The notes beneath the pieces are model-generated. The model did no database searches. It was not told where the DNA came from and saw nothing but the letters and a program-made list of their open reading frames with translations. 64,000 bases of DNA from Hyphomonas sp. (GTDB taxonomy: Bacteria; Pseudomonadota; Alphaproteobacteria; Caulobacterales; Hyphomonadaceae): assembly GCA_041398445.1 (NCBI GenBank), contig JAWKUR010000015.1, forward strand, positions 16,852-80,851, given 5' to 3'. Below, piece after piece: positions 37,283 to 53,600 of the stretch (positions are counted from its first letter, which is position 1; each line of letters starts with the position of its first letter). The translations under genes were made by a program, and so were the position numbers.

Positions 37283-37645
37283 TTAGAATTTGAGACCGCC
37301 CTCACGGGCGGCGTCTGCCAGGGCTTTCACCCGGCCGTGGAACATGTAGCCGCCGCGGTCGAAGACAACGTCTTCAACACCGGCTTTCTTGGCGCGCTCT
37401 GCCAGGATCTTGCCGACCTGAGCAGCCGCGGACGTGTCAGCGCCGGTCTTGGAACCACCGAGAATGTCCTTTTCCAGCGTCGAAGCCGAAGCGAGCGTGA
37501 TGCCCTTCTCGTCGTCGATGATCTGGGCGGAGATGTTCTTGTGGCTGCGCGCAACCGACAGGCGCGGACGGCCTTCGGCGACCTTCCGGAGCTTGGTACG
37601 GACGCGCTGTGCGCGGCGCTGCATCTTTTCGCGTGAGCTTTTCAT
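37283..37645 (-). CDS. rplR: 50S ribosomal protein L18
   Basis: [23 protein letters not shown]. Confidence 0.97.
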   Translation of the reverse strand: MKSSREKMQRRAQRVRTKLRKVAEGRPRLSVARSHKNISAQIIDDEKGITLASASTLEKDILGGSKTGADTSAAAQVGKILAERAKKAGVEDVVFDRGGYMFHGRVKALADAAREGGLKF

Positions 37646-37649
37646 GGCG

Positions 37650-38261
37650 TTACTTCTTCTTACCTTCCTTACGGCGGACGTATTCGCCCGCGTAACGGAT
37701 ACCCTTGCCTTTATAAGGCTCCGGCGAACGGTACTTGCGGATTTCGGAGGCGACCTGGCCGACCACCTGCTTGTCAGCGCCCGTGATGACGACTTCCGTC
37801 GGCTTGGACGATGCCAGTGTGATGCCTTCCGGCGCCGCATAGACCACATCGTGCGAGAAGCCGAGGGCCAGTTTCACATCCTTGCCCTGCATCTGGGCAC
37901 GATAACCGACGCCGACCAGTTCGAGCGTCTTCTCGTAACCCTTGGACACGCCTTCAATCATGTTGGCGGCGCGCGAACGGGCCGTGCCCCACTGCGTGCG
38001 GGCAACCGGATCGAGGGCCTGAGCCAGCGTCGGAGGACGCTTGCCACGGGCTTTCTCGGCTTCGATGCGATCGTTTGCAGCCTTCATGATGTCTTCGCGC
38101 GGCGAGACGGAAAGCTCATTGCCTTCCAGTTTCGGCGTGATGACTTCAACAACCGTCAGGGAGAGTTCACCCTTCGGGCCTTTGGCCTTGATCGTCTGTC
38201 CTTCGACCGTCACCGTGGTGCCGGCAGGGATCTCAATCGGGAGTTTTCCAATACGTGACAT
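37650..38261 (-). CDS. rplF: 50S ribosomal protein L6 (with internal insertion)
   Basis: [23 protein letters not shown]. Confidence 0.97.
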   Translation of the reverse strand: MSRIGKLPIEIPAGTTVTVEGQTIKAKGPKGELSLTVVEVITPKLEGNELSVSPREDIMKAANDRIEAEKARGKRPPTLAQALDPVARTQWGTARSRAANMIEGVSKGYEKTLELVGVGYRAQMQGKDVKLALGFSHDVVYAAPEGITLASSKPTEVVITGADKQVVGQVASEIRKYRSPEPYKGKGIRYAGEYVRRKEGKKK

Positions 38262-38270
38262 GGTGTTCTC

Positions 38271-38666
38271 CTAGAAGACCCGGCAGAGCACTTCGCCGCC
38301 GACATTCTCGGCGCGGGCAACGTTATCGGACATCACACCTTTCGAAGTCGAAAGGATGGAGATGCCGAGGCCGTTACGCACCAGCGGGATGTCGGAGACC
38401 GAAGAGTACACGCGGCGGCCGGGTTTGGAGACGCGTTTGATCTCCGAGATGACCGGCTGGCCTTCGTAATACTTGAGCTCGATTTCCAGGTTCTTGTGAC
38501 CGTCTTTTTCAATCTCGGTGTAGCCGCGGATGTAGCCCTCGGACATGAGGACCTCCAGAACGCGACCCCGGAGCTTCGAAGCCGGAGTGACAACTGTAGA
38601 CATGCCGCGCATCTGAGCGTTGCGGATGCGGGTCAGCATATCGCCGAGGGGATCGGAAATGTTCAT
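38271..38666 (-). CDS. rpsH: 30S ribosomal protein S8
   Basis: [22 protein letters not shown]. Confidence 0.98.
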   Translation of the reverse strand: MNISDPLGDMLTRIRNAQMRGMSTVVTPASKLRGRVLEVLMSEGYIRGYTEIEKDGHKNLEIELKYYEGQPVISEIKRVSKPGRRVYSSVSDIPLVRNGLGISILSTSKGVMSDNVARAENVGGEVLCRVF

Positions 38667-38681
38667 GTGTACCCTCCTCTC

Positions 38682-38987
38682 TTACCAGCTGGACTTCACG
38701 AGGCCGGGGATCTGACCGTTCGAGCCAAGCTCGCGCAGCGCGATCCGCGACATTTTGAGTTTGCGATAGTAGCCGCGCGGACGCCCGGACACTTCACAGC
38801 GATTACGCACACGGTTCGGCGCGGAATTACGCGGCAGCTCAGCCAGTTTCAGGCGGGCCTTGTAGCGCTCTTCCAGCGACAGGTTCTCATCCATCGCCGC
38901 CGCTTTCAGCTTCTCGCGCTTTGCAGCATAGCGCTCCACCAGCTTCTGGCGTTTCGCGTTTTTCTCGATTGCGCTCTTCTTTGCCAT
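38682..38987 (-). CDS. rpsN: 30S ribosomal protein S14 (long, Zn-free type)
   Basis: MAKKS...[12 protein letters not shown]...PGLVKSSW. Confidence 0.97.
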   Translation of the reverse strand: MAKKSAIEKNAKRQKLVERYAAKREKLKAAAMDENLSLEERYKARLKLAELPRNSAPNRVRNRCEVSGRPRGYYRKLKMSRIALRELGSNGQIPGLVKSSW

Positions 38988-39006
38988 ATCAGCAGTCTCC
39001 TGGGCG

Positions 39007-39561
39007 CTAGTTGCGGAACGGGAAGCCACACTCGGCGAGGAGTGCCTTGGCTTCTTCGTTCGTTGCGGCGGTGGTGCAGACGATGATGTCCATACCGCGG
39101 ATGTCATCGACCTCGTCGTAATTGATCTCCGGGAACACGATGTGTTCCTTCAGACCCATGGCGTAGTTGCCACGGCCATCGAAGCTCTTGCCGTTCAGAC
39201 CACGGAAGTCTTTCACGCGCGGCAGGGCGATGTTGGTCAGACGATCGAGGAACTCGTACATGCGGTCGCGGCGCAGGGTCACCTTGCAGCCGATCAGCAT
39301 GCCTTCGCGGAGCTTGAAGCCTGCGATCGATTTGCGGGCCTTCGTAGCGACCGGCTTCTGGCCGGCGATCCGCTCAAGCTCGGCCAGGGCCGACTTGATC
39401 TTCTTGGAGTCCGCGACAGCTTCGCCGACGCCCATGTTGATCACGACCTTGTCCAGTTTCGGGATCATCATCGGGTTCGAGTAGTTGAACTGATCCTGCA
39501 GCTTGGTGCGGATCTGCTCGCGGTACTTCGTCTTCAGACGGGGTTCGTATGCCTCAGACAT
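39007..39561 (-). CDS. rplE: 50S ribosomal protein L5
   Basis: [22 protein letters not shown]. Confidence 0.98.
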   Translation of the reverse strand: MSEAYEPRLKTKYREQIRTKLQDQFNYSNPMMIPKLDKVVINMGVGEAVADSKKIKSALAELERIAGQKPVATKARKSIAGFKLREGMLIGCKVTLRRDRMYEFLDRLTNIALPRVKDFRGLNGKSFDGRGNYAMGLKEHIVFPEINYDEVDDIRGMDIIVCTTAATNEEAKALLAECGFPFRN

Positions 39562-39871
39562 CGATGGATTCCCCAGAGCGTTTGGCATAGCGCGTCTTGC
39601 GACCATGCTCGTCGGTTTTGAAACCCACGCGGACAGCTTTGCCATCGCGCGGATCGGTGAGCGCCACGTTCGAGACGTGAAGCGGTGCTTCGAACGTCTT
39701 CAGACCGCCTGCATCCATCTGGGTCGGCTTCTGGTGACGTTTCACAACGTTCACGCCGCGTACGACGACGCGGTTCTCATCCGGGATCACCTTCAGGACT
39801 TCGCCCTTGGTGCCCTTGTCGCGGCCGGCGATCACGACAACCGTGTCGCCCTTCTTGATCTTCGCAGCCAT
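39554..39871 (-). CDS. rplX: 50S ribosomal protein L24
   Basis: [17 protein letters not shown]. Confidence 0.97.
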   Translation of the reverse strand: MAAKIKKGDTVVVIAGRDKGTKGEVLKVIPDENRVVVRGVNVVKRHQKPTQMDAGGLKTFEAPLHVSNVALTDPRDGKAVRVGFKTDEHGRKTRYAKRSGESIDV

Positions 39872-39872
39872 G

Positions 39873-40241
39873 TTACAGGACCTCCGGGGCCATGTTGGCG
39901 ATCTTGACCTGGTTCTTGCCGCGCAGTTCACGCGGAACCGGGCCGAACACGCGGGTGCCGATCGGCTCGCCATTGTTGTTGATCAGAACGGCGGCGTTCG
40001 TATCGAAACGAATGGTTGAGCCGTCCGGGCGGTTGATGTCCTTTGCGACGCGAACGACAACGGCCTTGCGGACATCACCCTTCTTGACGCGGCCGGTCGG
40101 GATCGCTTCCTTGATGGAGACCACGATCACGTCACCAACGGAGGCATAACGACGGCCTGCGCCACCCAGCACCTTGATGCACTGGACGCGGCGCGCGCCG
40201 GAGTTGTCAGCCACCCGCAGGTTGCTCTGCATCTGGATCAT
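39873..40241 (-). CDS. rplN: 50S ribosomal protein L14
   Basis: MIQ...VADNSGA...GTRVFGPV. Confidence 0.98.
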   Translation of the reverse strand: MIQMQSNLRVADNSGARRVQCIKVLGGAGRRYASVGDVIVVSIKEAIPTGRVKKGDVRKAVVVRVAKDINRPDGSTIRFDTNAAVLINNNGEPIGTRVFGPVPRELRGKNQVKIANMAPEVL

Positions 40242-40483
40242 GCGTCACTCCCTTCACCGGTAACGAGTTCCCAACGCTTCAGTTTGGACTTCGGCGTGCA
40301 CTCTTGAATGGTGACCGTCTGCCCCTCGACGGCGACATTGCCTTCGTCGTGAGCGTGGTACTTCTTCGAGCGGCGAACGATCTTTTTCATCACCGGGTGG
40401 GTGAAGGTCCGTTCGACGCGAACGATTGCGGTCTTGTTCTGCTTGGCGGAGACCACGACGCCTTCCATGATACGCTTGGGCAT
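40238..40483 (-). CDS. rpsQ: 30S ribosomal protein S17
   Basis: GVVVS...HP...KKYHAHDE. Confidence 0.97.
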   Translation of the reverse strand: MPKRIMEGVVVSAKQNKTAIVRVERTFTHPVMKKIVRRSKKYHAHDEGNVAVEGQTVTIQECTPKSKLKRWELVTGEGSDA

Positions 40484-40494
40484 GATCCCTCTCC

Positions 40495-40713
40495 TTACGC
40501 CTTGCCTGCCTGGGCCTTCTCGCGCATCAGAGTCTTCACGCGAGCAATGTCGCGGCGGACTTCAGAAACGCTGGAAGTCTTTTCCAGCTGGCCGGTGGCC
40601 GCCTGGAAACGCAGGTTGAACTGTTCCTTCTTCAGCCGAACCAGGTCTTCCTTGAGCTGGTCAGCCGACTTCGCCTTCAAGTCTTCGAGGCGTGCTTTGG
40701 TCTTGCGAGCCAT
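40495..40713 (-). CDS. rpmC: 50S ribosomal protein L29
   Basis: KEQFNLRFQ...RRDIARVKT. Confidence 0.97.
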   Translation of the reverse strand: MARKTKARLEDLKAKSADQLKEDLVRLKKEQFNLRFQAATGQLEKTSSVSEVRRDIARVKTLMREKAQAGKA

Positions 40714-40715
40714 GA

Positions 40716-41132
40716 TCAGATCCCCTCGATACGCTTGATGATTTTGGTTTTGATCGGAAGCTTGGCAGCGCCGAGGCGCAGGGCTTCACGGGCAATGTCT
40801 TCCGGCACGCCGTCGATTTCGAACAGGATGCGGCCCGGAGCAACGCGCGAGACCCAACGGTCCACGGAGCCCTTACCCTTACCCATACGAACTTCGATCG
40901 GCTTGGCCGACACCGGCACATCCGGGAATACGCGGATCCACACTTTACCCTGACGCTTCATCTCGCGGGTAATGGCACGGCGGGTCGCTTCGATCTGGCG
41001 CGCGGTGACGCGTTCCGGCTCGAGCGCCTTCAGGCCGAACTCGCCGAATGCCAGCGAGAAACCAGCCTTGGAATTCCCGCGGATCTGGCCCTTGAAGGCC
41101 TTGCGGAATTTGGTTCGCTTCGGTTGACGCAT
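40716..41132 (-). CDS. rplP: 50S ribosomal protein L16
   Basis: [21 protein letters not shown]. Confidence 0.98.
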   Translation of the reverse strand: MRQPKRTKFRKAFKGQIRGNSKAGFSLAFGEFGLKALEPERVTARQIEATRRAITREMKRQGKVWIRVFPDVPVSAKPIEVRMGKGKGSVDRWVSRVAPGRILFEIDGVPEDIAREALRLGAAKLPIKTKIIKRIEGI

Positions 41133-41135
41133 CTC

Positions 41136-41872
<737 letters not shown>

Positions 41873-41873
<1 letters not shown>

Positions 41874-42262
41874 CAGGCAGCCTCCGCTTCCATGCTCGTG
41901 TCACGCAGCACAATGGTGAGCTGCGCGAAGGGTTTCTGGATCGGTGCAGCGCGACCGCGGGCGCGGGCCCGGATACGCTTCATCACCAGGTTCTTGCCAA
42001 CGTGGGCCTCAGCAACGACCAGGCTGTCGATGTCGAGGTTGTGGTTGTTCTCAGCGTTCGCGATGGCGCTCTGCAGCAGTTTGCGAACATCCTTGGCCGG
42101 ACGTTTCGGCGAGAACTGCAGCTCAGCCAGAGCCCGCTCGACCGGAAGGCCGCGGATCTGCTGCGCCAGCAGGTTCAGCTTCTGCGGGCTGGAACGGTAC
42201 ATGCGCAGGACGGCGCGCGATTCGTTCGATGCCTGCTTCGGAGGATTCTTGGCCTTACCCAT
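41873..42262 (-). CDS. rplV: 50S ribosomal protein L22
   Basis: [20 protein letters not shown]. Confidence 0.97.
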
Positions 42263-42265
42263 GGC

Positions 42266-42544
42266 TTACTTCCTCTTCGCTTTCTTGTCCGCGCCGTGGC
42301 CGTAGTAGGTGCGGGTCGGGGCGAATTCGCCGAACTTGTGACCCACCATCTCTTCCGACACGGTGACGGGGATGAACTTGTTGCCATTGTGGACCTGGAA
42401 ATTCAGGCCAACGAATTGCGGCATGATCGTCGAGCGGCGCGACCAGGTCTTGATCACGGTACGTTTCTCGGCGGAACGAGCTTCCTCTGCTTTCTTCAGC
42501 AGGTAGCCGTCGACGAACGGGCCTTTCCAGACAGAACGGGGCAT
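42266..42544 (-). CDS. rpsS: 30S ribosomal protein S19
   Basis: [21 protein letters not shown]. Confidence 0.98.
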   Translation of the reverse strand: MPRSVWKGPFVDGYLLKKAEEARSAEKRTVIKTWSRRSTIMPQFVGLNFQVHNGNKFIPVTVSEEMVGHKFGEFAPTRTYYGHGADKKAKRK

Positions 42545-42559
42545 GTCTCGTGGCTCCTG

Positions 42560-43390
42560 TTAGCGTTTCGCGTTACGGCGACGGATGATCAGACGATCCG
42601 TAGCCTTGTTCTTGCGGGTCTTGGGACCACGGGTCTTCTTACCCCACGGCGTCACCGGGTGACGGCCGCCGGACGATTTACCTTCACCACCACCGTGCGG
42701 GTGGTCGACCGGGTTCATCACAACACCGCGGACAGATGGGCGCTTGCCGAGGTGGCGCTTGCGGCCGGCCTTGGAGAGCACCTGGTTCATGTTGTCCGGG
42801 TTGGACACAGCGCCGACCGTGGCCAGGCAGCTGTCCATCACCATGCGCAGTTCGCCCGAAGCGAGCTTGATCTGCGCATAGCCACCATCGCGGCCGACGA
42901 GCTGGGCGTAGGTACCGGCAGAGCGGACCATCTGAGCGCCCTTCTGCGGCTTCATCTCGATGTTGTGGATGATGGTACCGACCGGGATGTTCTTGAGCGG
43001 CAGCGTGTTGCCCGGCTTGATGTCAGCCGTTGCGGAAGTGATGACGGTGTCGCCGACTTCCAGGCGCTGCGGCGCGATGATGTAGGACAGCTGGCCGTCC
43101 TCATACTTGATCAGCGCGATGAAGGCCGTGCGGTTCGGATCGTACTCAAGGCGTTCGACGGTTGCCGGAACGTCCCAGCGGTTACGCTTGAAGTCGACCT
43201 TGCGGTACAGCTTCTTCGCGCCACCGCCGATACGGCGTGCCGTGATGCGGCCTTTATTGTTGCGTCCGCCCTTCTTGGTCAGGCCTTCGGTGAGCGCCTT
43301 GACCGGCTTGCCCTTGTGAAGCTCTGAACGGTCGACCAGCACGAGCTGGCGGCGGCCGGGCGAAGTCGGGTTGAATGTCTTCAGTGCCAT
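42560..43390 (-). CDS. rplB: 50S ribosomal protein L2
   Basis: [19 protein letters not shown]. Confidence 0.98.
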   Translation of the reverse strand: MALKTFNPTSPGRRQLVLVDRSELHKGKPVKALTEGLTKKGGRNNKGRITARRIGGGAKKLYRKVDFKRNRWDVPATVERLEYDPNRTAFIALIKYEDGQLSYIIAPQRLEVGDTVITSATADIKPGNTLPLKNIPVGTIIHNIEMKPQKGAQMVRSAGTYAQLVGRDGGYAQIKLASGELRMVMDSCLATVGAVSNPDNMNQVLSKAGRKRHLGKRPSVRGVVMNPVDHPHGGGEGKSSGGRHPVTPWGKKTRGPKTRKNKATDRLIIRRRNAKR

Positions 43391-43408
43391 AATATTCGTC
43401 CTTCCCGC

Positions 43409-43708
43409 TTACAGGCCCGTCGTGATGTCGACAGACTGGCCTTCAGCAAGCGTCACAATGGCTTTCTTGATGTCGTTGCGACGACCAGCATAGCCACGGA
43501 AGCGCTTGGTCTTGCCCTTCTGGAGGATCGTGTTGACCTTGGTCACGTCGACCTTGAACAGGGCTTCGACAGCGTCCTTGATCTGCTTCTTGTCGGCATC
43601 GATGGCGACTTCGAATACGATCTTGTTGTGCTCAGCGACCAGTGTCGACTTCTCGGTGATGAGAGGACGGCGCAGGACGTCATAGTGGTGGGGTTGCACG
43701 TCAGCCAT
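43409..43708 (-). CDS. rplW: 50S ribosomal protein L23
   Basis: PLITEK...KKAIVTL. Confidence 0.97.
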   Translation of the reverse strand: MADVQPHHYDVLRRPLITEKSTLVAEHNKIVFEVAIDADKKQIKDAVEALFKVDVTKVNTILQKGKTKRFRGYAGRRNDIKKAIVTLAEGQSVDITTGL

Positions 43709-43713
43709 GACGA

Positions 43714-44352
43714 TCAGGCCTCCTTCGATCCGTCGAAGCGCGCCTGGATACCCTCGGCAGCTTCCTTGGTGATGACCAGCGTCTTGCGGCGCAGAATGTC
43801 GTAAACGTTCAGGCCGGCGACCGGCAGCACGTCGATGTTCGGGATGTTGCGAGCCGCTTTGGCGAAGTTCTCGTCAACGGCAGCGCCCGAAATGATCAGT
43901 GCGTTCTCGATGCCGAGACCTGCGAACTGGCCAACCAGCTCCTTCGTCTTGGCGGAGGTCAGAACAGCTTCGTCCAGAACGAGGATCGCATCACCCTTCA
44001 CTTTCGAAGAGAGCGCGTGGGCCAGAGCCATCTTGCGGACCTTCTTCGGCAGGTCGTGGGCGTGGCTGCGAACGCGCGGGCCGTGGGCGATACCGCCACC
44101 GACGAAGATCGGAGCGTTACGCGAACCATGACGTGCGCCGCCGGAGCCTTTCTGGCGGATGTACTTCTTGGTCGTGCGGTTCACTTCACCGCGCGACTTG
44201 GTCTTGTGCGTACCGGCCTGACGGCGCGCGAGCTGCCAGCGAACGGTGCGCTGCAGGATGTCGTCGCGGATCTCGTCGATACCGAAGATCGCATCGTCGA
44301 CCGTGATATTGCCGGCAGCTTTGCCAGCCAGGGTTTTGACTGCGAGTTCCAT
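43714..44352 (-). CDS. rplD: 50S ribosomal protein L4
   Basis: [25 protein letters not shown]. Confidence 0.97.
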   Translation of the reverse strand: MELAVKTLAGKAAGNITVDDAIFGIDEIRDDILQRTVRWQLARRQAGTHKTKSRGEVNRTTKKYIRQKGSGGARHGSRNAPIFVGGGIAHGPRVRSHAHDLPKKVRKMALAHALSSKVKGDAILVLDEAVLTSAKTKELVGQFAGLGIENALIISGAAVDENFAKAARNIPNIDVLPVAGLNVYDILRRKTLVITKEAAEGIQARFDGSKEA

Positions 44353-45113
44353 TATTCGGCGCTCTCTTGCTTGGTGGTGCCTTCAGGGGCCTTGAACGAA
44401 CCGGCTGCCGGCGTGTCGGCATGCGGCGCCTTCTTCACAGCGTCGCGGAGTTCCACGAAGGCGCCATTGTGACCGGGGACTGCGCCCTTCACGAGGATCA
44501 GGCCACGATCGACGTCCGTACGGACGACTTCGATGTTCTGAGTGGTCACGCGCTCAACGCCGTAGTGACCGGCCATCTTCTTTCCTTTCCACACGCGGCC
44601 CGGATCCTGGTTTGCACCAGTCGAACCGTGGGAACGGTGAGAGATCGACACACCGTGCGTGGCGCGGAGACCGCCAAAGTTCCAGCGCTTCATGGCACCG
44701 GAGAAACCTTTACCGATCGTCAGGGCAGCAACGTCGACTTTCTGACCAACAGCAAAGTGGTCAGCCAGGACAGTCGCGCCCACTTCCGGCAGGTCGCCAG
44801 AGACGCGGAATTCTTTCAGCTTGCGCTTCGGCGCAACGCCGGCTTTCGCGAACTGGCCACGCATCGCCTTGGACGTGCGCTTGGCCTTCTTCTCGCCGAC
44901 ACCCATGATGACAGCCTTGTAACCGTCAGTGCGGGTGACTTCGCCGCCTTTCTTGGTGGTGACGGTGCGCTCGTCTTCCGTGCGCACGCCGACGACCTGA
45001 CAGCCGTCAAGCGACAGAACGGTCACCGGAACGTGACGACCTTCGTCATCGAATACGCGCGTCATGCCGACTTTGCGGGCAAGCACGCCGGTACGGGCTG
45101 CTGGCAGAGCCAT
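44352..45113 (-). CDS. rplC: 50S ribosomal protein L3
   Basis: KVGMT, GKGF.G.MKRW, GKKMAG. Confidence 0.97.
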   Translation of the reverse strand: MALPAARTGVLARKVGMTRVFDDEGRHVPVTVLSLDGCQVVGVRTEDERTVTTKKGGEVTRTDGYKAVIMGVGEKKAKRTSKAMRGQFAKAGVAPKRKLKEFRVSGDLPEVGATVLADHFAVGQKVDVAALTIGKGFSGAMKRWNFGGLRATHGVSISHRSHGSTGANQDPGRVWKGKKMAGHYGVERVTTQNIEVVRTDVDRGLILVKGAVPGHNGAFVELRDAVKKAPHADTPAAGSFKAPEGTTKQESAE

Positions 45114-45433
45114 TAACGGCCTCCCTCAAGCTTGATTTCGATGCCGACGCCGGACGACAGGTCGAGCTTCATGAGCGCGTCCACGGTCTGCGGGGTCGGG
45201 TCCACGATGTCGAGGATGCGCTTGTGCGTGCGGATCTCGAACTGTTCGCGGGATTTCTTGTCGATGTGGGGCGAGCGGTTCACGGTGAAGCGCTCGATAC
45301 GTGTTGGCAGCGGGATCGGGCCTTTCACTTCAGCGCCCGTGCGCTTTGCCGTGTTCACGATCTCTTTCGCCGACATGTCGAGGGCGCGGTGATCGAAGGC
45401 TTTCAGCCTGATCCGGATATTTTGTCGTTCCAT
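45113..45433 (-). CDS. rpsJ: 30S ribosomal protein S10
   Basis: [27 protein letters not shown]. Confidence 0.98.
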   Translation of the reverse strand: MERQNIRIRLKAFDHRALDMSAKEIVNTAKRTGAEVKGPIPLPTRIERFTVNRSPHIDKKSREQFEIRTHKRILDIVDPTPQTVDALMKLDLSSGVGIEIKLEGGR

Positions 45434-45569
45434 CGTCTCGGTCCGTCCGCACAAAACACATCTGCCCGTGGGCAAATCAGCATGCGCCCGGGCGTCCGTG
45501 GGATTGAATTGTCTGTTTCGAGGGAGCGTTCGCTGTATAAAAAAGCGCTGCCATCCCGGCGAAGTGGGC

Positions 45570-45598
45570 GGTTTATGGGATCGGGGAGCCCACGTCAA
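45570..45598 (-). promoter_or_regulatory. S10-operon promoter
   Basis: TTGACG followed by CATAAA -10-like hexamer upstream of the rpsJ leader. Confidence 0.5.
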
Positions 45599-45770
45599 CC
45601 GACTCGCACAATGAATCTGCAGATATAACGGTGCTTCAGCGCAGCAGGCCGCAGTAGAGAGGCCGGTTTCCTGCCCCCTACCCCGTTGGATATGCCCAGT
45701 TCATCAAGAAATCGCTTCTCAGGTGAGATTCCGAACGTAATTCCTGAGGTTAACTCACCTTTATCGCAAC

Positions 45771-45800
45771 AAAAAAGGCCGCCCTTATGGGCGGCCTTTT
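45771..45800 (-). terminator. tuf terminator
   Basis: aaaaaaggccgccc-ttat-gggcggcctttt. Confidence 0.9.
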
Positions 45801-45833
45801 CGATTCTCTTGGGCCTTGAGAGCCCGGAAGGAC

Positions 45834-47024
<1,191 letters not shown>

Positions 47025-47074
47025 CGGGCCTCTCCTTCATTCAAACTGTTGGCCGGAACTCCGACCGGATTTCC

Positions 47075-49198
<2,124 letters not shown>

Positions 49199-49288
49199 TT
49201 TGGTCAACCTTCGTGTTTGCTTTCCGGGTAGGAAAAGGGGCGATTTGCGGGCGCGTTACCCGTTATCGCCCCGGAATGCCAGTGGTGA

Positions 49289-50142
<854 letters not shown>

Positions 50143-50319
50143 TCGGGCCTTCTGTCTCTTCTAACTCTGGCCCGATGGGCCGCTAACGTAATGATGCCCC
50201 GAATGCCCCCTAAGGGCTTCCGGAACGGGCGAAAACTTGGGAGCCAGATTGGCCGGATCAGACTAAATCCGGTACGGCGAAAGGACTTTCATCCCGCAGC
50301 CTCTCTGACGATGCGTGGC

Positions 50320-50347
50320 GTGTAAGCCTCTCGGGCGTCTGCGTCAA
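50320..50347 (-). promoter_or_regulatory. str-operon promoter
   Basis: TTGACG ... TTACAC upstream of rpsL. Confidence 0.55.
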
Positions 50348-50360
50348 GGGTCGGAAGCTG

Positions 50361-50579
50361 TCATGGAACAGCTAGTTTTCCTTTGTCACCGGCACTTTCC
50401 GGCGCTTCAGACATCTCGCCTGCTCCGGCGAGACCGAACCGTCCTCCCCTGCTCCGCATCTCGCTCAGGATTTCCTGACACCGCGTAATCGCCCAGCTGT
50501 CGAGAGAAAGCCAGACAATCAGGCAGAGCGCCAGCCCTGCACAGATGCCACCAAACAGGTCCGAACGTGCCAGCTGCAT
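50361..50579 (-). CDS. Small putative single-pass membrane protein (72 aa)
   Basis: GGAGGAGG RBS before ATG 50579; hydrophobic LFGGICAGLALCLIVWL segment. Confidence 0.5.
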   Translation of the reverse strand: MQLARSDLFGGICAGLALCLIVWLSLDSWAITRCQEILSEMRSRGGRFGLAGAGEMSEAPESAGDKGKLAVP

Positions 50580-50603
50580 GAGGTGCGACCTCCTCCGGAA
50601 ACA

Positions 50604-50633
50604 GAAAAGCCTGCCGAAGCTGGCAGGCTTTTC
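50604..50633 (-). terminator. rpoC terminator
   Basis: gaaaagcctgcc-gaagct-ggcaggcttttc. Confidence 0.88.
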
Positions 50634-50669
50634 CAGTTGGTTCAAGGGCTTGCGCCCGGATGTTCGAGC

Positions 50670-53600
50670 CTATTCCTCGACCGATGCCTTGTCCGGAGCC
50701 GGCAGGCCGGTAAGGGCGACGCCCTCTTCGGTTGCCTTCTGGACAGCAGCGGCGCGCTTGGCCTTCAGCTTCTGGTCGCGATCGGCTGCGATACGGCGGT
50801 AGGCACGGATGCCCGAACCGGTACCTGCCGGAATGAGGCGGCCGACGATGACGTTCTCCTTGAGACCTTCCAGCGTATCCACCTTGCCCTGGATGGCAGC
50901 TTCGGTGAGCACGCGGGTCGTCTCCTGGAAGGAGGCAGCCGAGATGAAGGACCGGGTCTGCAGCGAGGCCTTGGTGATACCGAGCAGAAGCGGCATGCCC
51001 TTGGCTTCCTGCTGGTCCTTTTTGCGGGACCGGCGGACCGCCTCGTTGGCTTCCTCGAACTCGATCAGGTCGACATGCTCGCCCGTGATCAGGCCCGTGT
51101 CGCCCGGATCGGTCACTTCGATCTTCTGCAGCATCTGGCGAACGATCACTTCGATGTGCTTGTCGTTGATCGGCACGCCCTGCAGACGATAGACCTTCTG
51201 GACTTCGTCGATCAGGTAGTTGGCAAGCGCCTCCACGCCCAGCGTCGACAGGATGTCCTGCGGTGCCGGGTTACCGTCCATCAGGTACTCACCACGCTTG
51301 ATGAAGTCACCGTCCTGAACGGCAAGGTGTTTGCCCTTCGGCACCAGATAGTCGATCTGCTCGCGGCCCTCTTCAAGCGGCACGATGGAAACGCGGCGCT
51401 TGTTCTTGTAGTCGCGGCCATACACGACCTTGCCGTCCATTTCGGCGATGATCGCGTGATCCTTCGGACGACGGGCTTCGAAGAGTTCGGCAACACGCGG
51501 CAGACCACCGGTGATGTCCTTCGTCTTCGCACCACCTGTCGAGACACGCGCGAGCGTGTCGCCGGCCTCGATCTTGTCGCCATCAGCGATCGACAGGATT
51601 GCGCCCACCGAGAGGAGGTACACAGCATCCGAGCCGTTCGGCAGTTTGACGGGGTTGCCATCCTTGCCGACGATCTGAACCGACGGCTTGATGTCTGCCG
51701 CCTTGGTGGCCGAACGCCAGTCGATGATGACGCGCGAGGAGATACCCGTGGCTTCGTCAGTTTCTTCACGAACCGACACGCCATCGATCACGTCGACGAG
51801 TTTCACCTCACCGGAAACCTCCGACACGATCGGCTGTGCGAACGGATCCCAATCAGCCAGCAGCGTTCCCGGCGTAACCTTCGCAGCATCCTTGACCATC
51901 AGGCGCGTACCATAGGCCGGACGGAAGGACTGGCGGGTGCGGCCGTCGGCATCGACGATTTCGACCTGCATGCGGCGGCCAACGACGACGATCGTCTTGT
52001 CCTTGCGGGTAACGAACTCGGCATCCCTGAACCGGACCGTGCCTTCGAAGCTGGCTTCGACAGACGACTGGTCGGCCACCTGAGCTGCACCACCAATGTG
52101 GAATGTCCGCATGGTAAGCTGGGTACCCGGCTCACCGATGGACTGAGCCGCGATGACACCGACCGCTTCGCCGCGGTTGACCGGCGTACCGCGCGCGAGG
52201 TCGCGGCCGTAACACTGGGCACAAATGCCGTTCTTGGTTTCGCAGGTCAGCGGCGAGCGGGCCTTGATCACATCGACACCGGCCTTTTCGATCGCGTCGG
52301 CCAGGTCTTCGTCGATATAGGTGTTGGACACTGCAACCAGCTTGCCGTCGACGCTCTTCACGTCTTCTGCCGTCACACGGCCGAGGATGCGCTCGCTGAT
52401 CGAAACCACGACATCGGCGCCTTCCATGACGGCCGAGATGTCGATGCCCTTTTCGGTACCGCAATCATCTTCATTGATGATGCAGTCCTGAGCGACGTCG
52501 ACGAGACGGCGGGTCAGGTAACCCGAGTTCGCTGTCTTCAGAGCCGTATCGGCCAGACCCTTACGGGCACCGTGGGTCGAGTTGAAGTACTCGAGAACGG
52601 TCAGGCCTTCCTTGAAGTTCGAGATGATCGGCGTCTCGATGATCTCGCCCGACGGCTTGGCCATCAGGCCGCGCATACCGGCCAGCTGCTTCATCTGGTT
52701 CTTCGAACCACGGGCGCCGGAGTCGGCCATCATGAAGATCGAGTTGACCTGAGCCTTGCGGACACCCTTGGCAGCCTGGTTCTTCGAGGCGGCGTCCATC
52801 ATGGCGTCTGCAACCTTGTCGGTACAGCTCGACCAGGCGTCGACCACCTTGTTGTACTTCTCGCCGCGGGTGATGAGGCCGTCTGCATACTGACGCTCGT
52901 ATTCGGAGACCTGCTCCTTCGTTGCGTCAACCAGCTTCTGCTTGGCTTCCGGGATGACCATATCATCCTTGCCGAAGGAGATACCGGCCTTGCAGGCTTC
53001 CTTGAAGCCGAGTTCCATCATCTTGTCACAGAAGATGACCGTCGCCTTCTGGCCGCAGAGACGATAGACCTCGTCGATGATCTTGCCGATCGTCTTCTTG
53101 GTCATCGTGGTGTTCACTAGATCCGGCTGGATGCCCTTCATGCGCGGCAGGATATTGGCCACCATGTAGCGGCCCGGCGTCGTGTCGATGATCCAGCGAC
53201 GCGGATTACCTTCCTCGTCCACGCCCTCGTACATCGCCTTGATCTTCGAGTGCAGCGTGATGAAGCCGGAATCGAGCGCCTGCTCGATCTCTGCGAGTTC
53301 GGAGAACACCATGCCCTCGCCCACCTGTTCGTCACGATCGAGCGACAGGTAGTAGAGACCCAGAACAATGTCCTGAGACGGAACGATGATCGGTTTGCCG
53401 TTCGCCGGCGAGAGGATGTTGTTGGTCGACATCATCAGCACGCGGGCTTCCAGCTGGGCCTCAAGGCTCAGCGGAACGTGCACGGCCATCTGGTCACCGT
53501 CGAAGTCGGCGTTGAACGCCGCACAGACGAGCGGGTGAAGCTGGATGGCTTTACCTTCGATCAGCTTAGGCTCGAACGCCTGGATGCCAAGGCGGTGCAG

